A stretch of 32,000 nucleotides of DNA from Desulfobulbus propionicus DSM 2032 (GTDB lineage Bacteria; Desulfobacterota; Desulfobulbia; Desulfobulbales; Desulfobulbaceae), in NCBI RefSeq assembly GCF_000186885.1, contig NC_014972.1:1620001-1652000 (forward strand), read 5' to 3'. Each line of letters starts with the position of its first letter. The stretch's first letter is position 1. The notes beneath the pieces were generated by a model, which saw only the letters and a program-made list of their open reading frames with translations, was not told the DNA's origin and made no database searches. Both the position numbers and the translations under genes were made by a program. This document shows positions 17,969 to 26,483 of the stretch, piece after piece.

Positions 17969-19681
17969 ATGTGCTGCTTTGCTCTGATCAGACGGCTGAG
18001 TGTCTGGATTCTGACCGTTCTTAGTATTTTTGCATTTATACCGGCATTAGCCGCCGCCACTAGTGCCTCTATTTCTATCAGCGGGCAGGAGGGTGCGCTC
18101 CCCCTGCAAGCATCAGGTGAATTCAGCGAATACACTTTTTGTGACGGAGCTCACCCGCCCAACTGCTGGACAGATAATTCAGGATCATTGACGGTTCGCC
18201 AAACATTCCCGAGCGGCGGTACCTATTCCATAGGAAGCAAATCCGGCAAAGGTTCGGCTGACTGGTCCACCACCTTAGATACCGGTGCCATGGCCCAGGG
18301 GACACACACATTTGTCGCAACAGCTTGCGACGTAAAAGGAAATTGCAGTTCTAACTCCCAAAGTATCACAATCGACAACACGCCGGCAGTAACGAGCACT
18401 GTAAGCAAAACGGAAGGTGAGCTTGATATCAAGGGAACCGTAGATTTCAAAGAATATGTCGGCGGCAATGAAGGATCCGTTACCCTTTATCACATATACC
18501 CTAACAACTCATATGCATATCGGATCCAGAGCAAATCCTTTGAAGGAACAAACGTCATAAACTGGACCTATCAGGAGATTGTTGGAGCCATTGCCGATGG
18601 GGGATCATGGGCACAAGGAAAGCACATCATTCGAGCCGTCGCCACAGCACACAATGGCGCCTCAACTTCTATTGATATCCCCATCACCATCGATAACACC
18701 CCGGAGGTTACGGGTTCAGCCAATAAAGTTGAAGGTGATCTCAATATTAAGGGGACAGTCGATTTCAAGGAATACGTCAGCGGCAATGAAGGATCCGTTA
18801 CCCTTTATCACATATACCCTAACAACTCATATGCATATCGGATCCAGAGCAAATCTTTTGAAGGAACAAACGTCATAAACTGGACCTATCAGGAGATTGT
18901 TGGAGCCATTGCCGATGGGGGATCATGGGCACAAGGAAAGCACATCATTCGAGCCGTCGCCACAGCACACAATGGCGCCTCAACTTCTATTGATATCCCC
19001 ATCACCATCGATAACACCCCGGAGGTTACGGGTTCAGCCAATAAAGCTGAAGGCGATCTCGACATTAAGGGAACAGTCGATTTCAAGGAATACGTCAGCG
19101 GCAATGAAGGATCCGTCACCCTCTATCACATATACCCTAACAACTCATATGCATATCGGATCCAGAGCAAATCCTTTGAAGGAACAAACGTCATAAACTG
19201 GACCTATCAGGAGATTGTTGGAGCCATTGCCGATGGGGGATCATGGGCACAAGGAAAGCACATCATTCGAGCCGTCGCCACAGCACACAATGGCGCCTCA
19301 ACTTCTATTGATATCCTCATCACCATCGACAACACGCCGGAGGTAAAAATCATCGGTCCTCGATGTTATGCCGACCTCACCTGTGACATTCTGGGCACGG
19401 TGCAATTCAAGGAATATGTCGGTGGAGCCGAGGGGAGCGTCACGCTGTATCTGAAGGATGTCAGCGCCTCCAGCTACAGCAGTTACGGCAGCAAGAGCTA
19501 TGAGGGAACGAGCATCAACTGGAAATATGCCGACTTCGCCGGAGCCCGGATAAGCAAGGCGACCTGGGGTGGCAGAGAACTGATGGTGCAGGTGGTGGCC
19601 AAGGCCGCCAACGGCGCCACGATGACCAGCTGGCAATACTTGATGATTCCGGCGCTTGGCTGCCCAATCCCGTTACGGTAA
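17969..19681 (+). CDS. Secreted protein of five tandem ~106-aa Ig-like domains
   Basis: ATG at 17969 gives MCCFALIRRLSVWILTVLSIFAFIPALAAATSAS (signal peptide), in frame with ORF 17825-19681. Five repeats each end in a G-x-H-x-x-x-x-V-A-x-A-x-N-G...I-T-I-D-N-T-P motif. It starts 37 bp after the previous gene and ends 22 bp before the rhs ATG. Confidence 0.75.
   Translation: MCCFALIRRLSVWILTVLSIFAFIPALAAATSASISISGQEGALPLQASGEFSEYTFCDGAHPPNCWTDNSGSLTVRQTFPSGGTYSIGSKSGKGSADWSTTLDTGAMAQGTHTFVATACDVKGNCSSNSQSITIDNTPAVTSTVSKTEGELDIKGTVDFKEYVGGNEGSVTLYHIYPNNSYAYRIQSKSFEGTNVINWTYQEIVGAIADGGSWAQGKHIIRAVATAHNGASTSIDIPITIDNTPEVTGSANKVEGDLNIKGTVDFKEYVSGNEGSVTLYHIYPNNSYAYRIQSKSFEGTNVINWTYQEIVGAIADGGSWAQGKHIIRAVATAHNGASTSIDIPITIDNTPEVTGSANKAEGDLDIKGTVDFKEYVSGNEGSVTLYHIYPNNSYAYRIQSKSFEGTNVINWTYQEIVGAIADGGSWAQGKHIIRAVATAHNGASTSIDILITIDNTPEVKIIGPRCYADLTCDILGTVQFKEYVGGAEGSVTLYLKDVSASSYSSYGSKSYEGTSINWKYADFAGARISKATWGGRELMVQVVAKAANGATMTSWQYLMIPALGCPIPLR
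18371..19324 (+). repeat. Three near-identical in-frame tandem repeats of 318 bp
   Basis: The ATCGA(C/T)AAC (IDN) landmark recurs at 18371, 18689, 19007 and 19325, exactly 318 bp apart. Shadow ORFs at 18579 and 18897 (+) give almost identical 99-aa translations. Diverged units flank the block at about 18053-18370 and 19325-19650. Confidence 0.95.
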
Positions 19682-19703
19682 CCATTTCCTATCGATAACG
19701 GTC

Positions 19704-22700
19704 ATGAAACGCTTCTTTCGCCCCATACAGTGTTTGCTCCTCTGCCTCGGGATCCTCCTTGCCGCGATCCCCTCCCTTGCCGGCAGCAACCCGTTTATTT
19801 CCAATCACGGTATCAACTTCTCCACTGGCAACAAGTTTATCCGTGAACGCGACGTCAGCCTGGCCGGGCCGGTGGAGCCGCTCAACTTCTCCCGTTACTA
19901 CAACAGCCAGAGCAAGGAGGACACGAGCTTTGGCTACGGCTGGTCATTCTCCGAGCTTGAGTCCCTGCAGATCGAGACCGGTCTTGAACTGATCGTCTAC
20001 ATCCGTACCGACGGCCACCTGCTGCACTTCACCGCCAACGGCACGACCGACCAGTGGGCCAATGAAGTCGGCCCCCGGGCACTGATCACCAAGACCGAGG
20101 AAGGCTACCTGCTGCGCCTGCCCGATGGACGCGCCCGGCAGTTCAACTTCGCGGGACAACTCCTTTTCCGGAAAGACGCCAACGGCAACCAGATCAACTA
20201 CACCCATGAAGGAAAGAATCTCAAGAGCATTACCGATAACTTCGGCCGGACTCTGAGTCTGGGGTACAACGAGGCGGGCAAGGTTGCCACGCTCACCGCT
20301 CCAATCGGTGTGTTCACCTACGCCTATGACTCCAACGGCAATCTGGTTTCCGTCACCCGCCCCGACGGCAAGCAGCGCACCTATCTCTACGAAAACGCCA
20401 CCAATCCGCATTGCCTGACCGGCATTGTCGACGAAACCGGCATTCGTGTGCTCACCGCTACCTACGACACCATGGGCCGGGTCGTTACCTCGGCCTTCGC
20501 CAACAACCGTGAGAAGGTGACCATTGCCTATCAGGCGGGTTTCAAGCGGGTGATCACCGACAGCCTGGGAGCCGTCACCACCTACCAGCTCGAATCCTGG
20601 AATGGCGTGGCCCAAGTCAAGTCGTTCACCGGTCCCGGTTGTTCCTCCTGCGGGTCCGACAGCGCCAGCCAATACACCTACGACCTGCGCCAACAGGTGC
20701 TTTCGCAAACCGACGCACGGGGCGTTACCAGCACCTACGCCTATGACGAACAGGGCAACCGGATCCGCGAGACCCGCGCCATCGGGACCGCCCAGGAATA
20801 TACGACCACCACCACCTACACGCCCAATTTTGACAAACCGGCGACCATCACCGAACCATCGACAGGCAACCCCGGGCAGTACAAGGTGACGTCCTTCTCC
20901 TATGACGCGGCGGGCAACCCGCTTACCCGCACGGAAACGGGATACAACGCCAGTGGAGCGATCAGCCGAACAACCACCACCGTCTATGACAGCCTGGGTC
21001 GCATCGTCTCCATCGACGGACCAAGAACCGATGTCAACGACATCATCACCTTGAGCTATTATGACAACACCCCGGGCCAGAGACTCAACCGGGGCTTTCT
21101 CCGCAGCGTCACCAATGCCGCTGGTCACCAGGTGGTATTCAGCGACTACAACAACCAGGGACTGCCCGGACAAATCACCGATGCCAACGGGCAAACAACC
21201 CTGCTTGCCTACAATGCGCAAGGCCGCCTCATCGAACGGCAGAGCAGCGGCCGTGTCACCCAATACCGCTACAACGACGCCGGCGCCTTGACGTCCGTGA
21301 TTCTTCCCGGCAACCGCACCCTCTCCTACAGCTATAACGCTGCCGGTCAAGTGGCTCAGGTCACCGACCAAATCGGCAACACCATTAGTTATGACTATGA
21401 CAGTGAAGGCCGCGTGCTGCGCCGGGAAGTTCGCGACCCGGAGGGCAACCTGACCACCGCGCTCTCCGCCGAATATGACCAGGCCGGCCGGATCCTCAAG
21501 CTGACCCATCCCGACGGCAGCAACGAGCAACGCAGCTATGACCAGACGGGCAATCTGACGGAACTGACCAACGGCCTGGGACAAACATCCGCCTACAGTT
21601 ATGACGTCCTGAACCACATGAGCGCGGCGGATGAACCAGCCGGCAATGTCAGCTTCCGTTACGATCTCCACGGCAACCTGAGCGCTGTCACCGACGCAAA
21701 AGGCAGAACAACCCGGTACACGTATGATGATTTCGGCAACCGGGTTGCCGAGGTCTCACCGGATACCGGCACGGTCACCATGCGCTATGACGCCGCCGGC
21801 AACCTGATCGAGAAAACCGACGCCAACACTATCACCGTCTCCTACGTCTATGATGCGCTCAACCGGTTAACCGGGATCTTCTATCCGGATAACGCGCTGA
21901 ACGTGGCGTACACCTACGATGCCGGAAGCAACGGCAAGGGCCGGTTGACCGCTGTGCGCGACAACAGCAGCAGTTATGGCTTCAAATACAACGCCTTTGG
22001 CGAATTGAGCGCCGAGACCGCCGCCATCACCGACCACACCTTCACCACCAACTACAGCTACAATGACAACGGCGAGCTGGTGGCCGTTACTTATCCCAGC
22101 GGCCGGATCGTCACCTCCGAGCGCGACGCCGCCGGCAACGTCACCGCGATCCGCAGTGTCTACCAGGGGCAAACCAGTATCGTCGCCGAGAGCATCGCCC
22201 GTCTGCCCTTCGGCCCTCCCACGGCCATGACCCTGGGAAACGGCCTGTCCGTGGCTTCAACCTACGATCAACTCTACCGCCTGACGTCCATACAAGCCGG
22301 CGGACTCATGCACCGGAGCTACAGCTATAACGCGATCAGCCAGGTAACCGCCATCGCCGACCAGCTGGCCAGCGCCAAATCCCAAACCTTTGCCTACGAC
22401 GAGGCCAGCCGCCTGCTCTCCGCTCAAGGCGTCTACGGAGCAATCAACTATACCTATGATGAGGCCGGCAACCGATTGACCAGCGTCCAGGACGGGGCCA
22501 CCTCAACCTATACCTATGCCCAATCCAGCAATCGATTGCAGCGTATCCAGGGTGCCGAGTCCATTGACTACAGCTACGACGCGGCCGGCAACCCGCTCAG
22601 CAAGGGCAACCAGGCCTACACCTGGAACCAGGAGAACCGGCTGGCACGGGTCACTCTCAACAACGCGGTGGCCGGCCAATACAGCTACGACTTCCGGGGG

Positions 22701-25700
22701 TTGCGAAAAACAGCCGTCACCACAGCCGGCACGACCCTGTTTCTGCACGATCCGAGCGGTAACCTGCTGGCCGAGGCCGATATCCAGGGGACCATCCTGC
22801 GGGAATATGTCTACCTCGATGGCCAGCGGTTGAGTGCGTTTGACTATACCGCCCTGCCCGCGTTCGCCGTCACCGTGACCACTTCGTCCGGGGTTGTTGT
22901 CGAGGGGGTTCAGGCCTATGCCTTTGACGAGCAGAACCAATACACCAATCTCCATGTCGCCACTGACGCCGAGGGCAAGGCGACGTTCAATCGCGATGAC
23001 TTTGGCGAGGGCGCATACCGGTTCCGGGTCGATTACCTGGGGCATCAGTTGTGGACCGAACCGGTGACGGTCAAGACCAGCCAGGGTGTCAGCCTGGTGA
23101 TCAGCGAGACGCCAGTCGCCGTGCAGGTACCGACAAGCGATGCCACCCAGGCCGGCGCCACGGTTTACGTGTTCAGCGAATCGGGTGAATACCTGGGAAT
23201 TTCCGGGACCATTGACGAAACGGGCAAGGTCTCGTTCACCCTGCCCGTGGGAGGCAAATACACGTTCCGCACGGAACTCTTCGGCCAGCTGTACAGCAGC
23301 GCCCTGACCACGGCGGCTGCCGGGGCCTCGGTCACGGTCGATTCCGGTGGCGGGGTTCTCACCGTACAACTCGCCGATGACGCCAGTGCGATCCTTTCGG
23401 GGATCAAGACCACGCTCCACAGTTCAGGGGGGGCCTACCTGGGCCTCACCCGGACCAGCGATACCACCGGTAAGGTCAGCTATACCATGCCTTCCGGGAG
23501 CTATCTGCTCAAGGCCGAGTTCCTGGGCTATCCGTTCTGGAGCACCACGCTGAGTGTCACCTCCGACACGGCCGCCACCCTCACCATTCCCCGCCGTGAC
23601 CTCACCGCGCGCGTAACCCTGCAATACGAGGGTGCGGCCACGCCACTGAGCTCGGTGCCCTGCACCCTCTTCACCCCTGAAGGGGTGGAATTGGGCCAGC
23701 AGCGGAGCACCAATACCCAGGGCGAGGCCATATTTTCCGTGCCGCAAAAGCCTTACCGGATCAAGGCCACCTATCTGGCCCAGGAATATTGGTCGGCCGA
23801 CGTGACCTGGGAAAACGCTCCCATCGTCATCGCCGGCGGCAAGGCGGTGGTCAATACGACCAACAACGGCATGCCGCTGGCAGGGGCCACCCTGCGGGTG
23901 TATACCGCCACGGGGACCGATACCGGCATAACAGCTCTGACCGACAGCGAGGGAAAAACCACGTTCACCCTGCCCGGAGGTTCGTACCGTTTCCAGGCGA
24001 CCCATGAAGGCCAACTGTTCTGGAGCGGGAATCTGACCGTCACGCCCGACCAGACCATCCACACCACTATCTCCACCGGTGGCGGTTCCTATGTGCTGAA
24101 CGTGACCAACGGAACAGCGGGGATCGCCGGGGTCAAGACCATGCTGTTCTCGGCCTCCGGCTCCTACCTCAGTCAGTCGGTCACCACCTCCAGCACCGGC
24201 GAGGCGGCGTACAACCTGGCCGATGGCAGTTACCGGGTCACAGCCAATTACCTGGGGTATGAGTACAGCACCGATCCGTTCACCGTGCCCCTGATCGCCT
24301 CCCAGACCCTGGCCATTCCCCACCTGGCCCACACGGTCTCGGTGGTCCGGAGTTACCAGAACGATCGCGTCCCCCTGGCCAACATCGAGGCCACCCTGTG
24401 CTCCGTGGACGGATCCCCGCTGGCGCTCACCGTCGCCACCGGCACCGACGGCACCCTGCAATGGAGTCTGCCGGCACAGGCCTATGCGGTTCAGGCGCGC
24501 TATCTGGGGCGAACCTATCTCAGCTCGACCTTCACCAACGATGACCCTACCGTACTCATCCCCGAAGGCCTGGCCAGGGTGACGCTCCTTCAAGGCGGGA
24601 CAGCCCTGGCGAACACCCAGGTCCTTGCTATCAGCGAGAGTGATCCCGATCATCCCAAAAGCCTGATCACCAACGACAGTGGCGTGGCTGAATTCCGGCT
24701 GCCGGCCGGTTCCTACACCTTCAAGGCGACTCTGGGCGAAACCGTATACCAGGGTATCGGCACAGTCGTTGCTGATCAGATCACCAACGTCACACTCAAT
24801 CTGGGGACAAGTACCCTGTCGATCACCGTGCGCACGAACGAAACCACCGTCCTGCCTGGCGTTGTCTGCTCTCTCTATACAGCCGAAGGCGAACCGCTCA
24901 ACCGCAGCGCCACCACCGATGGTTCCGGCGTGGCCTCCTTTGCGGTGGAGGCCGGGACCTATCGAGTCAAGGCCTGGCATCTGGGCTATGACTTCACCAG
25001 CGAGGTGATCGAAACACCGGTGGTTCTCTCTGCCAGCCTGACCATCCCCCATCGCGATCTAGCCGTCCACGTGCTCAAGGATCAGGGGGACGGCGTGGAA
25101 CCGGTCTCCGGGCTGCGCTGTTATCTCTACTCCCTGGGCGAAGGCGAGGGGCTGAACGCCACCGAACTCCATGCCGACAGCGACGATCAGGGCATGGTTC
25201 ATTTTGTGGTGCCCGAGGAGCGGGCCTATTACGCCGTGGCCACCTTGCTCGGCCGCGAGTTCATCAGCGTGGAAAGCGAGGGCCAGGCCACCCTGACCAT
25301 CGAGCTGGGCACGATGACGGTTACCGTGCGCGACGACAGTGCGGTCACCGAGACCAATCCCGATGGTTTGGTACAGGGAGCAGTGGTGACGCTCTACACC
25401 AATGAAGGGACAGCCCTGGGCCAGGAACTGAGCACCGGGGCCGACGGCCAGGTCTGCTTCACCCTGCCCGAGGGCAGCTACAGACTGCGCGTCGGCTATA
25501 ACGATCAGCAGTTCTGGAGCGGGGTGATCAATACCTATCCCCTGGGCGACACGCCGGTGGAAATGATCAATGGCTCCGGCGGAATACTGAGCCGGCTGCA
25601 CGATCCCCATCCCTCCCTCTGGCACGGAACACCGCCGCAATACCGGCCACTATTGGCCCTGGCCTCAGGCTCGCTGGCCGGGATGCTGACCACCACGTCA

Positions 25701-26483
25701 ACACCCGTTGCCGCCACACCCCAGGTGGTCTATTATCTCAACGATCACCTGGGCACAGCGCAACTGCTCGTCGACGCCGCAGGGACCGTGATCTGGCAGG
25801 GTGACACCCAGCCCTTTGGCCAGGTGACTGAGGTGATTAACCAGATCGACCACCGGTTCCGCTTCCCCGGCCAGATGGTTGATCCTGAGAGCGGGTTGTA
25901 TTACAACTGGAACAGGTTCTATGATACTTCCACCGGGCGATACCTATCTCCTGATCCGATTGGGTTGGATGGGGGGATGAATTTTTATGCTTATGTCGGA
26001 GGGGATCCGGTCAACTGGGTGGATCCGTGGGGATTGGCAAAATGCACTTATTCAATATCAAAACACACGTTGATTTGTGTTTCAAATACTACAGATGATA
26101 TAAATTTTATAGGTCCTCACGAGCAAAGGCAAGTTGGGCCTGAAGGTGTTTTTTCTGGTCAAGGTGAATGCCAAGATGTTCCTTCTGACGAATGCACTGA
26201 TGACAAATACAATGGTCCAATTGTACCAGGTAACTATAATATAAATGAAGACAATAGACCTGGTCATAATGATTGGTTCAGGTTAGAGCCATCACCAAAA
26301 ATTCCCGGTTGGAAGGTCCTGTCAGGATTAGAACGAGGTGGTTTCGCATTTCACCTTGGAAGCAGGTCGGCTGGTTGCATAAATGCGAATAAAAATAATC
26401 AAGAAACGGTACAACAGTTTAGAAATTTACAGAATTTGATAAAACGAGAAAGTGGTTCCAACACTTTAAAGGTTGGGCCATGA
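19704..26483 (+). CDS. RHS/YD-repeat polymorphic toxin: signal peptide, YD-repeat region, 11-domain beta-sandwich array, RHS core (DPWGL), DUF2778/Tlde1-like C-terminal toxin
   Basis: ATG at 19704 gives MKRFFRPIQCLLLCLGILLAAIPSLAG/SNPF. There are many YD repeats (YxYDxxGNL, e.g. YAYDSNGNLVSV, YSYDAAGNPLTR, YRYDLHGNLSAV). The RHS-associated core reads VVYYLNDHLGTAQLLVDAAGTVIWQGDTQPFGQV...RFPGQMVDPESGLYYNWNRFYDTSTGRYLSPDPIGLDGGMNFYAYVGGDPVNWVDPWGL, with DPWGL at 26022-26036. No PAAR-like N-terminus recognised. Confidence 0.93.
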   Translation: MKRFFRPIQCLLLCLGILLAAIPSLAGSNPFISNHGINFSTGNKFIRERDVSLAGPVEPLNFSRYYNSQSKEDTSFGYGWSFSELESLQIETGLELIVYIRTDGHLLHFTANGTTDQWANEVGPRALITKTEEGYLLRLPDGRARQFNFAGQLLFRKDANGNQINYTHEGKNLKSITDNFGRTLSLGYNEAGKVATLTAPIGVFTYAYDSNGNLVSVTRPDGKQRTYLYENATNPHCLTGIVDETGIRVLTATYDTMGRVVTSAFANNREKVTIAYQAGFKRVITDSLGAVTTYQLESWNGVAQVKSFTGPGCSSCGSDSASQYTYDLRQQVLSQTDARGVTSTYAYDEQGNRIRETRAIGTAQEYTTTTTYTPNFDKPATITEPSTGNPGQYKVTSFSYDAAGNPLTRTETGYNASGAISRTTTTVYDSLGRIVSIDGPRTDVNDIITLSYYDNTPGQRLNRGFLRSVTNAAGHQVVFSDYNNQGLPGQITDANGQTTLLAYNAQGRLIERQSSGRVTQYRYNDAGALTSVILPGNRTLSYSYNAAGQVAQVTDQIGNTISYDYDSEGRVLRREVRDPEGNLTTALSAEYDQAGRILKLTHPDGSNEQRSYDQTGNLTELTNGLGQTSAYSYDVLNHMSAADEPAGNVSFRYDLHGNLSAVTDAKGRTTRYTYDDFGNRVAEVSPDTGTVTMRYDAAGNLIEKTDANTITVSYVYDALNRLTGIFYPDNALNVAYTYDAGSNGKGRLTAVRDNSSSYGFKYNAFGELSAETAAITDHTFTTNYSYNDNGELVAVTYPSGRIVTSERDAAGNVTAIRSVYQGQTSIVAESIARLPFGPPTAMTLGNGLSVASTYDQLYRLTSIQAGGLMHRSYSYNAISQVTAIADQLASAKSQTFAYDEASRLLSAQGVYGAINYTYDEAGNRLTSVQDGATSTYTYAQSSNRLQRIQGAESIDYSYDAAGNPLSKGNQAYTWNQENRLARVTLNNAVAGQYSYDFRGLRKTAVTTAGTTLFLHDPSGNLLAEADIQGTILREYVYLDGQRLSAFDYTALPAFAVTVTTSSGVVVEGVQAYAFDEQNQYTNLHVATDAEGKATFNRDDFGEGAYRFRVDYLGHQLWTEPVTVKTSQGVSLVISETPVAVQVPTSDATQAGATVYVFSESGEYLGISGTIDETGKVSFTLPVGGKYTFRTELFGQLYSSALTTAAAGASVTVDSGGGVLTVQLADDASAILSGIKTTLHSSGGAYLGLTRTSDTTGKVSYTMPSGSYLLKAEFLGYPFWSTTLSVTSDTAATLTIPRRDLTARVTLQYEGAATPLSSVPCTLFTPEGVELGQQRSTNTQGEAIFSVPQKPYRIKATYLAQEYWSADVTWENAPIVIAGGKAVVNTTNNGMPLAGATLRVYTATGTDTGITALTDSEGKTTFTLPGGSYRFQATHEGQLFWSGNLTVTPDQTIHTTISTGGGSYVLNVTNGTAGIAGVKTMLFSASGSYLSQSVTTSSTGEAAYNLADGSYRVTANYLGYEYSTDPFTVPLIASQTLAIPHLAHTVSVVRSYQNDRVPLANIEATLCSVDGSPLALTVATGTDGTLQWSLPAQAYAVQARYLGRTYLSSTFTNDDPTVLIPEGLARVTLLQGGTALANTQVLAISESDPDHPKSLITNDSGVAEFRLPAGSYTFKATLGETVYQGIGTVVADQITNVTLNLGTSTLSITVRTNETTVLPGVVCSLYTAEGEPLNRSATTDGSGVASFAVEAGTYRVKAWHLGYDFTSEVIETPVVLSASLTIPHRDLAVHVLKDQGDGVEPVSGLRCYLYSLGEGEGLNATELHADSDDQGMVHFVVPEERAYYAVATLLGREFISVESEGQATLTIELGTMTVTVRDDSAVTETNPDGLVQGAVVTLYTNEGTALGQELSTGADGQVCFTLPEGSYRLRVGYNDQQFWSGVINTYPLGDTPVEMINGSGGILSRLHDPHPSLWHGTPPQYRPLLALASGSLAGMLTTTSTPVAATPQVVYYLNDHLGTAQLLVDAAGTVIWQGDTQPFGQVTEVINQIDHRFRFPGQMVDPESGLYYNWNRFYDTSTGRYLSPDPIGLDGGMNFYAYVGGDPVNWVDPWGLAKCTYSISKHTLICVSNTTDDINFIGPHEQRQVGPEGVFSGQGECQDVPSDECTDDKYNGPIVPGNYNINEDNRPGHNDWFRLEPSPKIPGWKVLSGLERGGFAFHLGSRSAGCINANKNNQETVQQFRNLQNLIKRESGSNTLKVGP
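22860..25585 (+). repeat. Array of 11 tandem ~80-90-aa beta-sandwich (CarboxypepD_reg / prealbumin-like) domains inside the rhs gene
   Basis: Each unit follows the pattern (hydrophobic strand)-G-(V/A)-x-(V/L)-x-L(Y/F)-x-x-x-G-x-x-x-x-x-x-x-T-(D/N)-x-x-G-x-x-x-F-x-(L/V)-P-x-G-x-Y-x-(F/V)-x-A-x-x-x-G. Examples: TDSEGKTTFTLPGGSYRFQATHEG, TNDSGVAEFRLPAGSYTFKATLGE, TDGSGVASFAVEAGTYRVKAWHLG. Confidence 0.8.
26037..26483 (+). other. C-terminal toxin domain CT1: DUF2778 / Tlde1-like L,D-transpeptidase-fold
   Basis: 148 aa after DPWGL, in visibly AT-rich DNA. Motifs: VFSGQGECQDVPSDECTDDKYNGPIVPGNYNI (compare the SG-x-G...N-x-P...GPIPPG-x-Y pattern of DUF2778) and ERGGFAFHLGSRSAGCINA (a His...S-x-G-C-I-(N/R) YkuD-like catalytic motif). 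Confidence 0.55.

Noticed and set aside
18371-19324. Regular 318-bp repeats considered as a possible CRISPR or non-coding satellite
   Set aside because: The repeats are contiguous with no unique spacers, far longer than CRISPR repeats, and maintain one open reading frame encoding Ig-like domains. They are coding tandem repeats.
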